Assembly (NCBI GenBank): GCA_965206705.1
Contig: CBDBKJ010000006.1
Location: 1,849,355 to 1,913,354, forward strand
DNA length: 64,000 bases
Reading direction: 5' to 3'
DNA from: Vicinamibacterales bacterium
GTDB taxonomy: Bacteria; Acidobacteriota; Vicinamibacteria; Vicinamibacterales; UBA8438
Part shown: piece after piece, positions 1 through 8,896 of the stretch
How positions within the stretch are numbered: the stretch's first letter is position 1
Layout of the letters: each line of letters opens with the position of its first letter
Program-made: the position numbers and the translations under genes
The notes under the pieces: generated by a model
Told to the model about the DNA's origin: nothing
Seen by the model: the letters and a program-made list of their open reading frames with translations, nothing else
Databases searched by the model: none

Positions 1-160
1 TCCGGCAACCGTTTCCCGGCCGGCCAGCACCGCCGAAGCCCAAACCAAGGTACCGCCCCGCGTTCCGTCTGGTCGACGACGACGGAGGAGAGGGGTTGCG
101 CCCCGCCGTCCTGCTCCCAGGCATTCGCCGCCTGGGGTGCCCCGTGGGGCATGGCGACCG

Positions 161-1345
161 CTACACCACCCGGGCGGCGCGCAGGGCCGCGATCTCGGCC
201 GCCGCGTACCCGAGCTCGCCGAGAACCTCGGCGGTGTGCTCGCCGAGGGCCGGCGCCCGCGTCCGGATGCCGGCCGCCCCCGCGGACAGCGAGAACGGCG
301 TGTCGGCGACCGGGGCCGGGGCCGGGGCGCCCGGAAACCCCAGCGCCTTCAGGGCTCCGACCGCCGCCACGTGCGGGTCGTCGAGAGCCTGCTGCGGCGA
401 CAACACCGGGCCGGCGGGAATGCGAACCTCCTCCAGCGCCGCCAGCGCCTCCGCCGTCGTGCGCTCGGCGCACCACGCGGCCATCCGGCCGCTGATGACC
501 TCGCCGTGGTCGCCGCGCGCCATGTCGTCCCGGAACCGGGGGTCGTCGACCCACTCCGGCACGCCGACCAGCACCGCCCACTTTTCGAACAGCGGCTGGC
601 CGATGGTCTGCACGAGGATCCAGCCGTCGCGCGTCCGGTGGGTGTCGGACGGGGCCGACACCTGGCTCCGGTTGAGCGAGGCGACCCGATCGGGCGCCTG
701 CACCGCCTGTTCGATCAGGGCCGCGTTGGCGACGGTGAGCGCCGCCCCGAGCAGGGATCCCCGGACCTCCTGGCCGCGGCCGGTCCGCTCGCGCGCCATG
801 AGGGCGGCCAGCGTGCCGGCGAAGGCGGAGAGCGCGGTCAGGAAATCCACCCACGGCACGTAGCTCTTGGTGGGCTGGCCCGGCTGCCCCGACAGGTACA
901 TGGCCCCCGACATCGCCTGGCCGATGCCGTCGAAGCCGACCTTGTCCGAGTACGGCCCCCCCGCCCCGAACGCCGACACACTGGTCAGGACGATGCGGGG
1001 GTTCACCTCCGCGAGCGACGCGTAGTCGAGCCCCAGCGCCCGCAGGGCCGGGTCGGGCAGGTTGGCGACGACCACGTCCGCCCCCGCGGCCAGCCGCCGC
1101 AGCACCTCGCGTCCCGCCGGCTTCATCGGGTTCAGGGTCATCCCGCGCTTGTTCCGGTTGACCTGCATGAAGAGCGCGCCGTCGCCGGCCGCGTTCAGCG
1201 GCACCAGGAAGCGGTCTTCCCCGCCGCGGACCTTCTCGACCCGCACGACGTCGGCCCCGAGGTCCGCGAGCAGGGCCGCGCAGAACGGCCCCGCGATGTA
1301 GCGGCCGAAATCGAGCACCCGGACGCCGTCGAGAACACCTGACAT
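161..1345 (-). CDS. Family III CoA-transferase (CaiB/BaiF type)
   Basis: ORF 161..1375. The N-terminus MSGVLDGVRVLDFGRYIAGPFCAALLADLGADVVRVE is the typical family III CoA-transferase start. Start trimmed to the ATG at 1345. Confidence 0.85.
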   Translation of the reverse strand: MSGVLDGVRVLDFGRYIAGPFCAALLADLGADVVRVEKVRGGEDRFLVPLNAAGDGALFMQVNRNKRGMTLNPMKPAGREVLRRLAAGADVVVANLPDPALRALGLDYASLAEVNPRIVLTSVSAFGAGGPYSDKVGFDGIGQAMSGAMYLSGQPGQPTKSYVPWVDFLTALSAFAGTLAALMARERTGRGQEVRGSLLGAALTVANAALIEQAVQAPDRVASLNRSQVSAPSDTHRTRDGWILVQTIGQPLFEKWAVLVGVPEWVDDPRFRDDMARGDHGEVISGRMAAWCAERTTAEALAALEEVRIPAGPVLSPQQALDDPHVAAVGALKALGFPGAPAPAPVADTPFSLSAGAAGIRTRAPALGEHTAEVLGELGYAAAEIAALRAARVV

Positions 1346-1864
1346 CGGCAGCGCTGCCTCCCCTGAGCACACCAACTACGGAACCGACCGGCTTCGACCG
1401 GGGCGCCGTCTTCCCCGCGGGGCGGCCGGCGGGGCGCGGGCGCCGGCCGGACCCCGTCCGCCGGCACGGTCTCACGGAGACTCGAGGAAGGCAAGCAGCC
1501 CGCGCGGAATGTGGGCGACCCGGAGGACCCGTCGCGCAGAACGGTCACTTCCCGGGTGCGTCGACCGACGACGGCGGCCGCGACGAGCCCCGGGGTCGGC
1601 TTCGACACCCGCAGCGTGCCGTTCGCACACCCCGAGGTAGAGCCGGGCCGCCACGAGATGCTGGTCGGGCGCCGGCCGCGATGACCGCACGCGCCGTGCC
1701 CCGCCGACGGTTGTTCCGGGTGACGCCTGGACCTGTCACGGAACAGGCAGGTCTCGTCAGGATCGTAGCGCTCGAGCTGATGCAGCTTTCCGGAGACGGA
1801 GAGTCTTCGGTATGGCCCGCATCGTTGCGCCACCGTGTCATTCCGGCGTTGCCGGCTCTGCTCA

Positions 1865-2332
1865 CTACGCGCTCTCCGCCTCACGGGCCGGATCGCGCAC
1901 CGTGAGGACCGGACAGGGCGCACGCCGCACGACCTCCGCCGCCACGCTGCCGAGCAGCAGTTGCTCGACCGCCCCGCGCCCGCGGGTTCCCATGACGATC
2001 AGGTCGATGCGATGCTCGCCCGCGTACCGCAGGACGCCGTCCGCCGTCGGCCCGACCTCGACCGCCGCGCGTACCGCGAACGCCGCCTGCTCTTCCGCCG
2101 GGCAGAGGCTCGCGAGCTTCGCCGTCGCCTCGTCGACCCAGCCCCGCTGAACCTCGGTCTCGGAGAACCCCCACAGCGCCTCGGTCCCCGGGCTGACGTC
2201 GGCATCGGCAACGACGTGCAGGAGGTGGAGGGTCGAATCGAATCGTCGAACCAACTCCTTCGCGTAGGTCAGGGCCAGCCCGGACGCGTCGCTGAAGTCG
2301 GTCGGAACGAGAATGGTCTTCGGGGGAATCAT
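1865..2332 (-). CDS. Universal stress protein (UspA family)
   Basis: MIPPKTILVPTDFSDAS... and ...VMGTRGRGAVEQLLLGSVAAEVVRRAPCPVLTV match the UspA fold and its nucleotide-binding motif. Confidence 0.85.
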   Translation of the reverse strand: MIPPKTILVPTDFSDASGLALTYAKELVRRFDSTLHLLHVVADADVSPGTEALWGFSETEVQRGWVDEATAKLASLCPAEEQAAFAVRAAVEVGPTADGVLRYAGEHRIDLIVMGTRGRGAVEQLLLGSVAAEVVRRAPCPVLTVRDPAREAESA

Positions 2333-2880
2333 GGTCGGGGCGGAAAGGCGCTTCGCGCGGCCAGCAGCCTGCTGACCGCCGGCCGGTCGGCGGGTCCGAG
2401 GCCGACATGGTGGAACCGGACCAGACCCGCCGGATCGATCAGCACGTTGCCCCCCTGCTGCGCCGTATCCGCGCGCGGCAGGCGGGGAAACCGTCCGAGC
2501 AGGGCCTCACGCCCGTAGGCGCGCCACGTGGCCGGCCCGAGCAGATGCCGCAGCCGAGCCTTCCCCATGCCGTAGGCATGATAGAGGCGGCGCTCGGTGT
2601 CGACGAGCAACGGCCAGCGCAGCCCCGTCTCGGCCACGTACGCGCGGGCCGCGTCCGCGCCTTCGAACGTGACGGCCAGCAGCTGCACGCCGAGTCGTTC
2701 GAGCTCGTCCTCCGCCTGCCGCAACTGCAGCAGATGCCGCCGGCACGGCAGTCAGAAAAGATGCCGGTGCAGCACCAGCAACAGCCACCGGCCGCGGTAC
2801 CCGTCGAGCCGGTGCGCCCGATCCCGGGTGTCGCGCAACTCGAAGGGGACCGCCGGCCGGCCGACGAGCGGCGACGTCAT
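2329..2880 (-). CDS. Peroxiredoxin-like (AhpC/TSA, CxxC-type) protein with an in-frame TGA at 2752-2754; candidate selenoprotein (UxxC), otherwise a nonsense pseudogene
   Basis: The frame opened by the ATG at 2880 reads ...YRGRWLLLVLHRHLF-TGA-LPCRRHLLQLRQAEDELERLGVQLLAVTFEG... and continues in the same frame to the stop at 2329. The two halves together make a full-length thioredoxin-fold protein. Confidence 0.6.
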
Positions 2881-2970
2881 CTCGAATCGACCGCCGCGCC
2901 GCCAGTTTCGCTTCCCGCCAACCGACCCTCCCGGAGTGTCTGTTGCGCGCCGCCGACGCCCTCGGAGCCT

Positions 2971-2990
2971 GCGCGACCGTAAGGTCGCGC
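2971..2990. repeat. GC-rich hairpin GCGCGACC-GTAA-GGTCGCGC; a second copy in inverted orientation lies at 12792-12811
   Basis: Perfect 8-bp stem read directly from the sequence. It overlaps the stop codon of the NHL gene. 19 of 20 nt are identical to the reverse complement of 12792-12811. Confidence 0.7.
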
Positions 2991-3991
2991 TAGTTCTTGA
3001 CGTACTTGTGCAGCGCCGGCCGCACGGTGTCGGCCACGAAGATGTCCCCGTTCGGCGCCATCGTCATGTAGTGCGCCTCGCCGAACTCGCCGAGGCCCCT
3101 GCCCGGCTGACCGTTTGCCCCGAGGGCCTTGCCGTTCTCGTCGAGCTTGAGAATCTCGCCCGCGAACCCGCTCACCATGTACATCTGCCCGTCGGTGTGG
3201 ATGTGCAGGCCGCACGGCAGGCCCTTGTAGGCCCACTCCTTGATGTAGGCGCCGTCGGCGTCGAAGATCTGCACCCGGCGGTTCTGCCGATCCGCCACGT
3301 AGATCAGCCCCGCCTCGTCGACCACGATCGAGTGCGGCGTGTCGAACTTGCCCGGCTCCGTGCCCTGGCCGCCCCACGCCTTGATCAGGGATCCGTCGGA
3401 GGCGAACTTCACCAGCCGCGGCGTGCCGCGTCCGTGTCCGACCAGCACGAAGATCTCGCCGGCCGCGTTCACGGTCAGGTCCGTCGGCTCGGTCAGCAGC
3501 CCGTCCTCGGGCTCGCCGGCCTTGCCGTGGGTGCCGATGGTCATCAGCACCTTGCCGTCCGGGTCCATCTTGGTGACGGTGTTCCCGTTGACGTCGGTGG
3601 TCCAGATGTTGCCGTCGGGGTCGAGCCGCATGCCGTGGGGCCGGATGTACTCGCCCTGCCCCCACGACCGCACGAAGCTGCCGTCGGGATTGAACTCCAT
3701 CAGCGGGTTGGGCCCGCGGTTGAAGACGAGCAGGGTGTTCTTCGTGGTCCAGACGGCGCTGGACGGCGCGCCCATCTCCTGATCAGCGGGAATCTGCAGG
3801 CCGTGGGGCACCGGGTGGTACCCGAGGTCCGGCGCGTCCTCCATCTGGGCGGGATCCGGCGCGTCGAGGACCTGGGCCCCGGCGACGGCGGCGACTCCCA
3901 GCACGGCGGCGAAGACAAGCGCGAGCGTCCGGGCAAGGCGGACTGGCAGCATGGCGGCTCCTCGGAAAATGGTCCTGCGAATCGTCCGCAT
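2990..3991 (-). CDS. Secreted NHL-repeat beta-propeller protein
   Basis: Signal peptide MLPVRLARTLALVFAAVLGVAAVAGAQ (alternative start at 3952). Repeated NHL-like blades are visible (VADRQNRRVQIFDADG, APNGDIFVADT, DPDGNIWTTD). Confidence 0.8.
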   Translation of the reverse strand: MRTIRRTIFRGAAMLPVRLARTLALVFAAVLGVAAVAGAQVLDAPDPAQMEDAPDLGYHPVPHGLQIPADQEMGAPSSAVWTTKNTLLVFNRGPNPLMEFNPDGSFVRSWGQGEYIRPHGMRLDPDGNIWTTDVNGNTVTKMDPDGKVLMTIGTHGKAGEPEDGLLTEPTDLTVNAAGEIFVLVGHGRGTPRLVKFASDGSLIKAWGGQGTEPGKFDTPHSIVVDEAGLIYVADRQNRRVQIFDADGAYIKEWAYKGLPCGLHIHTDGQMYMVSGFAGEILKLDENGKALGANGQPGRGLGEFGEAHYMTMAPNGDIFVADTVRPALHKYVKN

Positions 3992-4145
3992 TGTAGCACC
4001 GTCGCCGGGGTGGTCCAGGGCGCCGGCCGACCCTGGCCGGCGCGAGTCCCGCGGCGACTGGAGGACCTGGGCGTGACGGGTCCGGTACAGGCGGACGGCC
4101 CCCGGCCGGCGCGACGTCCACGCGGCGACCGACAGTCCCGTCCCG

Positions 4146-5435
4146 TCAGCGCTTCGAGTCGCGTCGCCGGCGCCTGCGCGTGATCCGGCGGGCAGTACGG
4201 CTCTCGGTATGGTCGAACGCGGGTTCGTAACGCTCGATCTCCCGCGCGGTCATGCCCGCCGCCGCGCAGCACGCCCGCCACCGTTCATCGATGGTCGACG
4301 CCATGCGGGACAGCATCACGACCGCGGCGGCGCGCTCGACGTCGAAGAAGGGCGCGGCGTCCACCGCCGCCTCGATGGAGGCGTCGTGTCCGCTGAGCTC
4401 GCTGATGCCCGTCTCGAGGTGTCGCCGGCGGAGCGGCTGCGGATTGACGTCGAAGGCGGGCGAGAGCACCCAGCGTCCCCCGCCCGCATGCAGCAGGCCG
4501 TGGTTCTTCAGGTGGTCGTCGTTGTTCGAGACGAGAATCGTGAACAGCACGCGCCGGTACAGCTCGGTCAGTTGCGCCGTCGGGTCGAGCGCGTGCGCGC
4601 GCAACGCGTCCGCGATGTCCGTATAGTACGCGCTGGTACCGGCCTCGGCGCCGATGAAGGACTGCGCCGAGAGATAGTGGACGCGGTCACCGGCCGCCCG
4701 GTCGAAACGCTTGATCAGCGCCACAGGCTTGTCCGTGGATCCAAGCTCGATCCGCGCCAGCGCCGCGTTCACGCCGGCAACCCGGGCGAGGGCCAGCGTC
4801 GCCACCTCGACCCGCTCCACGGGCATGGTGTCGCGGTCCGAGGTGAACTTCGCGATCGCGAGGTCGCCACCGCGATCGCGCACGTTCGCCTTGGGCCGAG
4901 CCCCCCCGAGAGAGCTGGCGCTGCCCACCAGCCGGTCCCGCATCGTCGGAAGCCCGTTCGGGTCGTCTTCGGCCGCCCCGGCTTCGGCCGCCCCGGCCAG
5001 CCGCCGCAGCTCGTCGAGATCGCTCAACCGGGGCACAGGCGGGTAGGTGCGCGCCAGCGGCTTCCCGTCGTCGTCGAGGTACCGCAGTGTGCCCTGGCGA
5101 GTCTCGTCGTCGACGGCGAGCAGATAGTGCAGCTCCGTGAGGGAGCCGGGGAACGACTTGCGCAGGAGTCCGCGTCCCCAGGAATCCGGCGCGCCGTCAC
5201 CGAACGGTCCCAACAGCGCCGAACGGGGACGCTCCCGCGACGCCGACGCATGGAACGGCGATTCCGACAACGGCATGGTCGGGGCGATGGCGAAACCCTC
5301 TGGCCCGTTGCGCCATTCGTCCGCATAGCGGAACATGCTCGCCTGCCGCCTGCCGTCGGCCTCGAACACGAGCTCGCCGACCGGCCGCAGCCGTTCGCCG
5401 AACGCCACCCGCACGCGCCGCGTCGTCTTGGGCAT
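4146..5435 (-). CDS. hipA: HipA-family serine/threonine kinase toxin
   Basis: 429 aa. HipA N- and C-terminal regions are present, including the catalytic-loop motif LVSNNDDHLKNHGLL. It sits 14 nt downstream of an XRE-type HTH gene. Confidence 0.85.
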   Translation of the reverse strand: MPKTTRRVRVAFGERLRPVGELVFEADGRRQASMFRYADEWRNGPEGFAIAPTMPLSESPFHASASRERPRSALLGPFGDGAPDSWGRGLLRKSFPGSLTELHYLLAVDDETRQGTLRYLDDDGKPLARTYPPVPRLSDLDELRRLAGAAEAGAAEDDPNGLPTMRDRLVGSASSLGGARPKANVRDRGGDLAIAKFTSDRDTMPVERVEVATLALARVAGVNAALARIELGSTDKPVALIKRFDRAAGDRVHYLSAQSFIGAEAGTSAYYTDIADALRAHALDPTAQLTELYRRVLFTILVSNNDDHLKNHGLLHAGGGRWVLSPAFDVNPQPLRRRHLETGISELSGHDASIEAAVDAAPFFDVERAAAVVMLSRMASTIDERWRACCAAAGMTAREIERYEPAFDHTESRTARRITRRRRRRDSKR

Positions 5436-5448
5436 GCCGGCGGCCTCC

Positions 5449-5769
5449 TCACCCGAGCCTGGGCTTCCGCCGCCGGATGCGCTGCGGCAAGTTGTCGAGG
5501 TCGAGCAACAGGCCGGTATCGTCGCGCGAGACGTCCAGGAGGTCCTCCAGCCTGTGCAGCTCGCCCAGGGCCAGAAGCGCCATGGCGAACGCCCCGATCG
5601 ACACGCCGGCCTCGCCCTTCTCGAGGCGGACCAGGGTTCCCTGCGACACGCCCATGCGCGCCGCGAAGTCCGCCACCGGCATGCGCCGCTTCCGGCGTGC
5701 GATGCCGATGTCGCGACCCAGCGCCCGCAGCGCGCGCTGAACGGACGGCGTGTAGACCCTGCGGTTCAT
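5449..5769 (-). CDS. hipB: XRE-family HTH antitoxin (HipB-like)
   Basis: RKRRMPVADFAARMGVSQGTLVRLEKGEAGVSIGAFAMALLALG is a classic Cro/C1-type HTH. It lies immediately upstream of hipA. Confidence 0.8.
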   Translation of the reverse strand: MNRRVYTPSVQRALRALGRDIGIARRKRRMPVADFAARMGVSQGTLVRLEKGEAGVSIGAFAMALLALGELHRLEDLLDVSRDDTGLLLDLDNLPQRIRRRKPRLG

Positions 5770-5792
5770 TGATTACAATATATTGCAATCAA
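5769..5792. promoter_or_regulatory. AT-rich near-palindrome TTGATTACAATATATTGCAATCAA; candidate hipBA operator
   Basis: 24-nt inverted repeat with one mismatched pair, overlapping the hipB start codon. It is strikingly AT-rich against the GC-rich background. Confidence 0.5.
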
Positions 5793-5921
5793 TGGGCCAT
5801 AAACACCAATTTTGGAGTGTTTGACTGCTGACGATATCCCGTCGACGCTCCGGCCCGGGTGGGTTTCGGGGCGCTTGGAAGAACGGCAACGACAACGACG
5901 GCGGCCGACTCCACGGTGTAG

Positions 5922-7298
5922 ATGGCGGTGTACCATGGGCCGATTCCGGCTCGCTGCCCGCTCCAGGCGAGGAGAGGGGATTGCAGCATGGAGATGAAGA
6001 GCAAGGCCGAACGTCTCCGGCTTCTCCACGAACGCGGACGACTCGGCCGCGGAATCCGACACGGCGGAGTCCGATACTGGATCGGTCACCACCGGCAGAT
6101 GGGGCTCCTGATATTCGACCCCCACGCACAACGAGAAGTCGAGACCGGGAAGGTCCGGCTGTTCAACGTGACCCATCACGAGAGCCGCCTGTTCATGCTG
6201 AACATGGCCGGAACCGGATCGCTCTGGTCATCGCCAGGCGACCAAGGCGCGAGGACCGATTTGGTCCGAATCGCGGAGCAATTGACAGCGTCAGCCCCCA
6301 GAGCGGAGCCGACGGCGGAGGGGCTTGCGCTGACGCGCCCGGTCGAGACGGCCATCCGGTCGTATATCGGGGAACAGGGCGGGGCACTCGGCGAAGAAAT
6401 CGAGCGTTGCTTCGGCGTCGACGCTGGCAGCCGTCTGGTCCGCGAGGGATTGCGGTGTGCGCGAATCCAGCTTCGACACGCGGTCGAGGGGGTCTCCGAG
6501 CCGGCAGAGCACGAACTGACCTTCGATGACGAGGGATGGAGGTTCCTGTCGACTTTTCCCGATGGTATTCGAATTCGAGGCGATCGCTATCGGCGGTTGT
6601 TTGCTCGCCTGTTGATCCCGAGGCAGGGATCCCAAAACGTTCGCTTTCGCCAGACGTGGGACGCCGTCGAGGCGCTGGCCCTCGCAGTCCTGCCGGACCC
6701 ACGTCCTGCGTTCTATCTCCCCGCGGACAGGACTGGTCTGATGAATGCCCACCGCGCCATCGTGAGCGCCCTCATCCGGAGCGCGACGATGGCCAGTATT
6801 CGTGGCGCCGACGCTGTGCCGACGCTGTCCGGCGTGCGCGGTGACTTCCTGGAGCAACTGGTGGAGACGGTATCCGACCGGCGGCAGCGACCACGACGCG
6901 AACGCCTCGAAGAACTCGGGAAGCATATCGAAGACGGGATTCTCCGCGGCGCAGTCAAGGTCGGGACATTGCCCGGCGTCGCGTATCCGCACTTCACCTA
7001 TCGCCCGAGCGGATGGGAATCCGACCTGCCTCTGACCAACACGTCCTCCATGGTGTCGGAGCTTGCACCGGTAGTGCTGTACTTGCGTGGTGTGGCTGTT
7101 CGAACCGGCCGAGAACGACAGCGGCTCGACGGTGAAGGAGATCGCCCTGGATGCCGATACCGGCCTCTATCCGTCGGGATTCGCCGCCGTCGCGGCGGCC
7201 CTGCACAACGACTGGGCAGAGATCGCAGAACCGCACGGGGACGCGGAGTGAACGGGTTCGCCGACGATGCGGTGACGAAGATCGCGGCGGCCGACTGA
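5922..7298 (+). pseudogene. Decayed AAA/ABC-type ATPase-like gene (abortive-infection or OLD-like ATPase architecture)
   Basis: The middle part (FYLPADRTGLMNAHRAIVSALIRS, NTSSMVSELAPVVLYLRG) resembles ATP-binding proteins of the AAA_15/AAA_21/DUF3696 type. No intact P-loop is present (only MLNMAGTGS). No Walker B/EEPExHLHP segment follows LYLRG. A plausible C-terminus (LFEPAENDSGSTVKEIALDADTGLYPSGF...) continues in another frame and ends at 7251. Confidence 0.45.
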
Positions 7299-7310
7299 TC
7301 GGCGCGGCGC

Positions 7311-8771
7311 CTACTGCGCGGACACCCGGGGAGAGGGGCGGGCGCCGAGCTCGAGCAGCAGCCGCTCCATCTCGGGCCACCGCTTGCCGGTGTTCGAGTA
7401 GAACACCCCCTCGGCCATGATCAGGGGGGTCCAGCCCTTGCCGTTGACCGCTTCCAGGTCGGCCCCCTGATCGAGGAGGAACCGCACCAGCGGCTCGGAC
7501 CCGCGGATGATCGCGCCGTGCAGGGCGGTGTCGCCGTTGGCGTCGACGGTGGTCACGACGTCGCCCAGCTCGAGCATCAGCTCAACCGCGGCGAGCGCCT
7601 CCTCGTTGGTGCCGGGGCTCTCCCCCACCGCCCAGATGCCGACCCCTGCCGCGACCATCAGCGGCGTCGTGCCGTCCTCGTTCGGCAGCCGCGGATCGGC
7701 GCCCAGGGCCACCAGCAGCCGCATCAGATCGACGTCGACGGCCTTGGCAGCGAGCAGGAACGGTGTCGCGCCCACCCGGTTCAGCACGTTCCGGTAGCCG
7801 CCGCCGGTGCCTGACCCGTCGCCTCCCCGCGGCTCCTTCGTCTCGCGCGCATCGAGATCGGCGCCGTGGGCGGCGAGGGCGCGGACGAAGTCGAGGTCGG
7901 AGACGAGGCCGGTCGGAATGGGCGCAGGGTTGTTGAAGCCGAGGTTCGGCCGGCGGGCCCAGACGAGCTGGTGCAACGCCGTCCATCCCTGCTCGCCGGC
8001 GTTCGGGTCGGCCCCCTGCTCGAGCAGCCAGACCCCGGCGTCGTAGTGCGCGTTCAGGGTCGCGAGGCACAGGGCACTCATGCCGTCGGGCAGGGTGTCG
8101 TTCACGTCGGTGCCGGCCGCCGCGAGCACCCGCAGCACGTCCTGCCGGTTGTGGCGGACCCCGAACAACAGGGGGGTGAAACCGCCGGCGGAGCGCGCGT
8201 GCACGTCGGCGCCGGCCGCGACGAGCTCCAGGGCGGCCGCGTCGTTCCCCTCGATGGCGGCCCACATCAGCGCGGTCTGCCCGCGCCACTGCTCGGCCGC
8301 GTCGACCTCGGCCCCGTGGCGCAGCAACGCCCGGACCGCGCCGACCCGGCCGTTGCGGGCCGCCCGCATCAGCGGGGTCTCCCCCTCGGGCAGCCCTACG
8401 TTCGGATCGGCCCCCGCCGCGAGCAGCATCTCCAGCATCTCGCCGCTGCCGTTGGTGGCGGCCACCAGCAACGGAGTCGCGCCGTAGCGGTTCGCGGCGC
8501 CGGCGCGGGCGCCGGCCTCGAGCAGCAGGCGGGCCGAGTCCAGGTCGTCCCGGTTGGCCGCCCAATGCAGCGCGGTGGTGCCGTCGAGGGCCGGCTGATC
8601 CGGATCGGCGGCCCCCGCGAGCAGCGCGCGGACCTCGGCGACGTCGCTGGCGCGCACCGCGTCGATCAACGGCGCCTCGACCCGCGCCGAGGCGGGCGCC
8701 GCCGCCAGACACGCCGCCACCAACACCAGGCAGACCGCCGCAACCGCCGATAGACGCATGCGCACGCGCAT
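7311..8771 (-). CDS. Exported ankyrin-repeat protein (module 1)
   Basis: Start trimmed to MRVRMRLSAVAAVCLVLVAACLAAAPASA (signal peptide). Many G-TPLH/ALMWAA-type ankyrin repeats are present. It is a full-length paralog of 45956..47953 but lacks the heme domain. Confidence 0.85.
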   Translation of the reverse strand: MRVRMRLSAVAAVCLVLVAACLAAAPASARVEAPLIDAVRASDVAEVRALLAGAADPDQPALDGTTALHWAANRDDLDSARLLLEAGARAGAANRYGATPLLVAATNGSGEMLEMLLAAGADPNVGLPEGETPLMRAARNGRVGAVRALLRHGAEVDAAEQWRGQTALMWAAIEGNDAAALELVAAGADVHARSAGGFTPLLFGVRHNRQDVLRVLAAAGTDVNDTLPDGMSALCLATLNAHYDAGVWLLEQGADPNAGEQGWTALHQLVWARRPNLGFNNPAPIPTGLVSDLDFVRALAAHGADLDARETKEPRGGDGSGTGGGYRNVLNRVGATPFLLAAKAVDVDLMRLLVALGADPRLPNEDGTTPLMVAAGVGIWAVGESPGTNEEALAAVELMLELGDVVTTVDANGDTALHGAIIRGSEPLVRFLLDQGADLEAVNGKGWTPLIMAEGVFYSNTGKRWPEMERLLLELGARPSPRVSAQ

Positions 8772-8896
8772 CACCCCATGGGTTTCCCGCCGGTTCCGGA
8801 TCGACCGCCGACGGCGCCCGCCCCCGCCACTCGCGGACGCGCCGCCGTCAGGGAACGGGCGCACCGCTCGCGGCGTCACACCCGCCCAGGCCGACA

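Noticed and set aside
1-160. Possible 5' end of a minus-strand gene running off the left edge of the window.
   Set aside because: It is too short to evaluate, and no motif or clear start is visible.
1376-1864. A 490-nt gap between the CoA-transferase and uspA genes, with several short ORFs. One fragment (LSVSGKLHQLERYDPDETCLF) looks vaguely protein-like.
   Set aside because: No frame stays protein-like for more than about 25 residues and I recognise no family. It may be a degraded gene or a regulatory region, but I cannot support a call.
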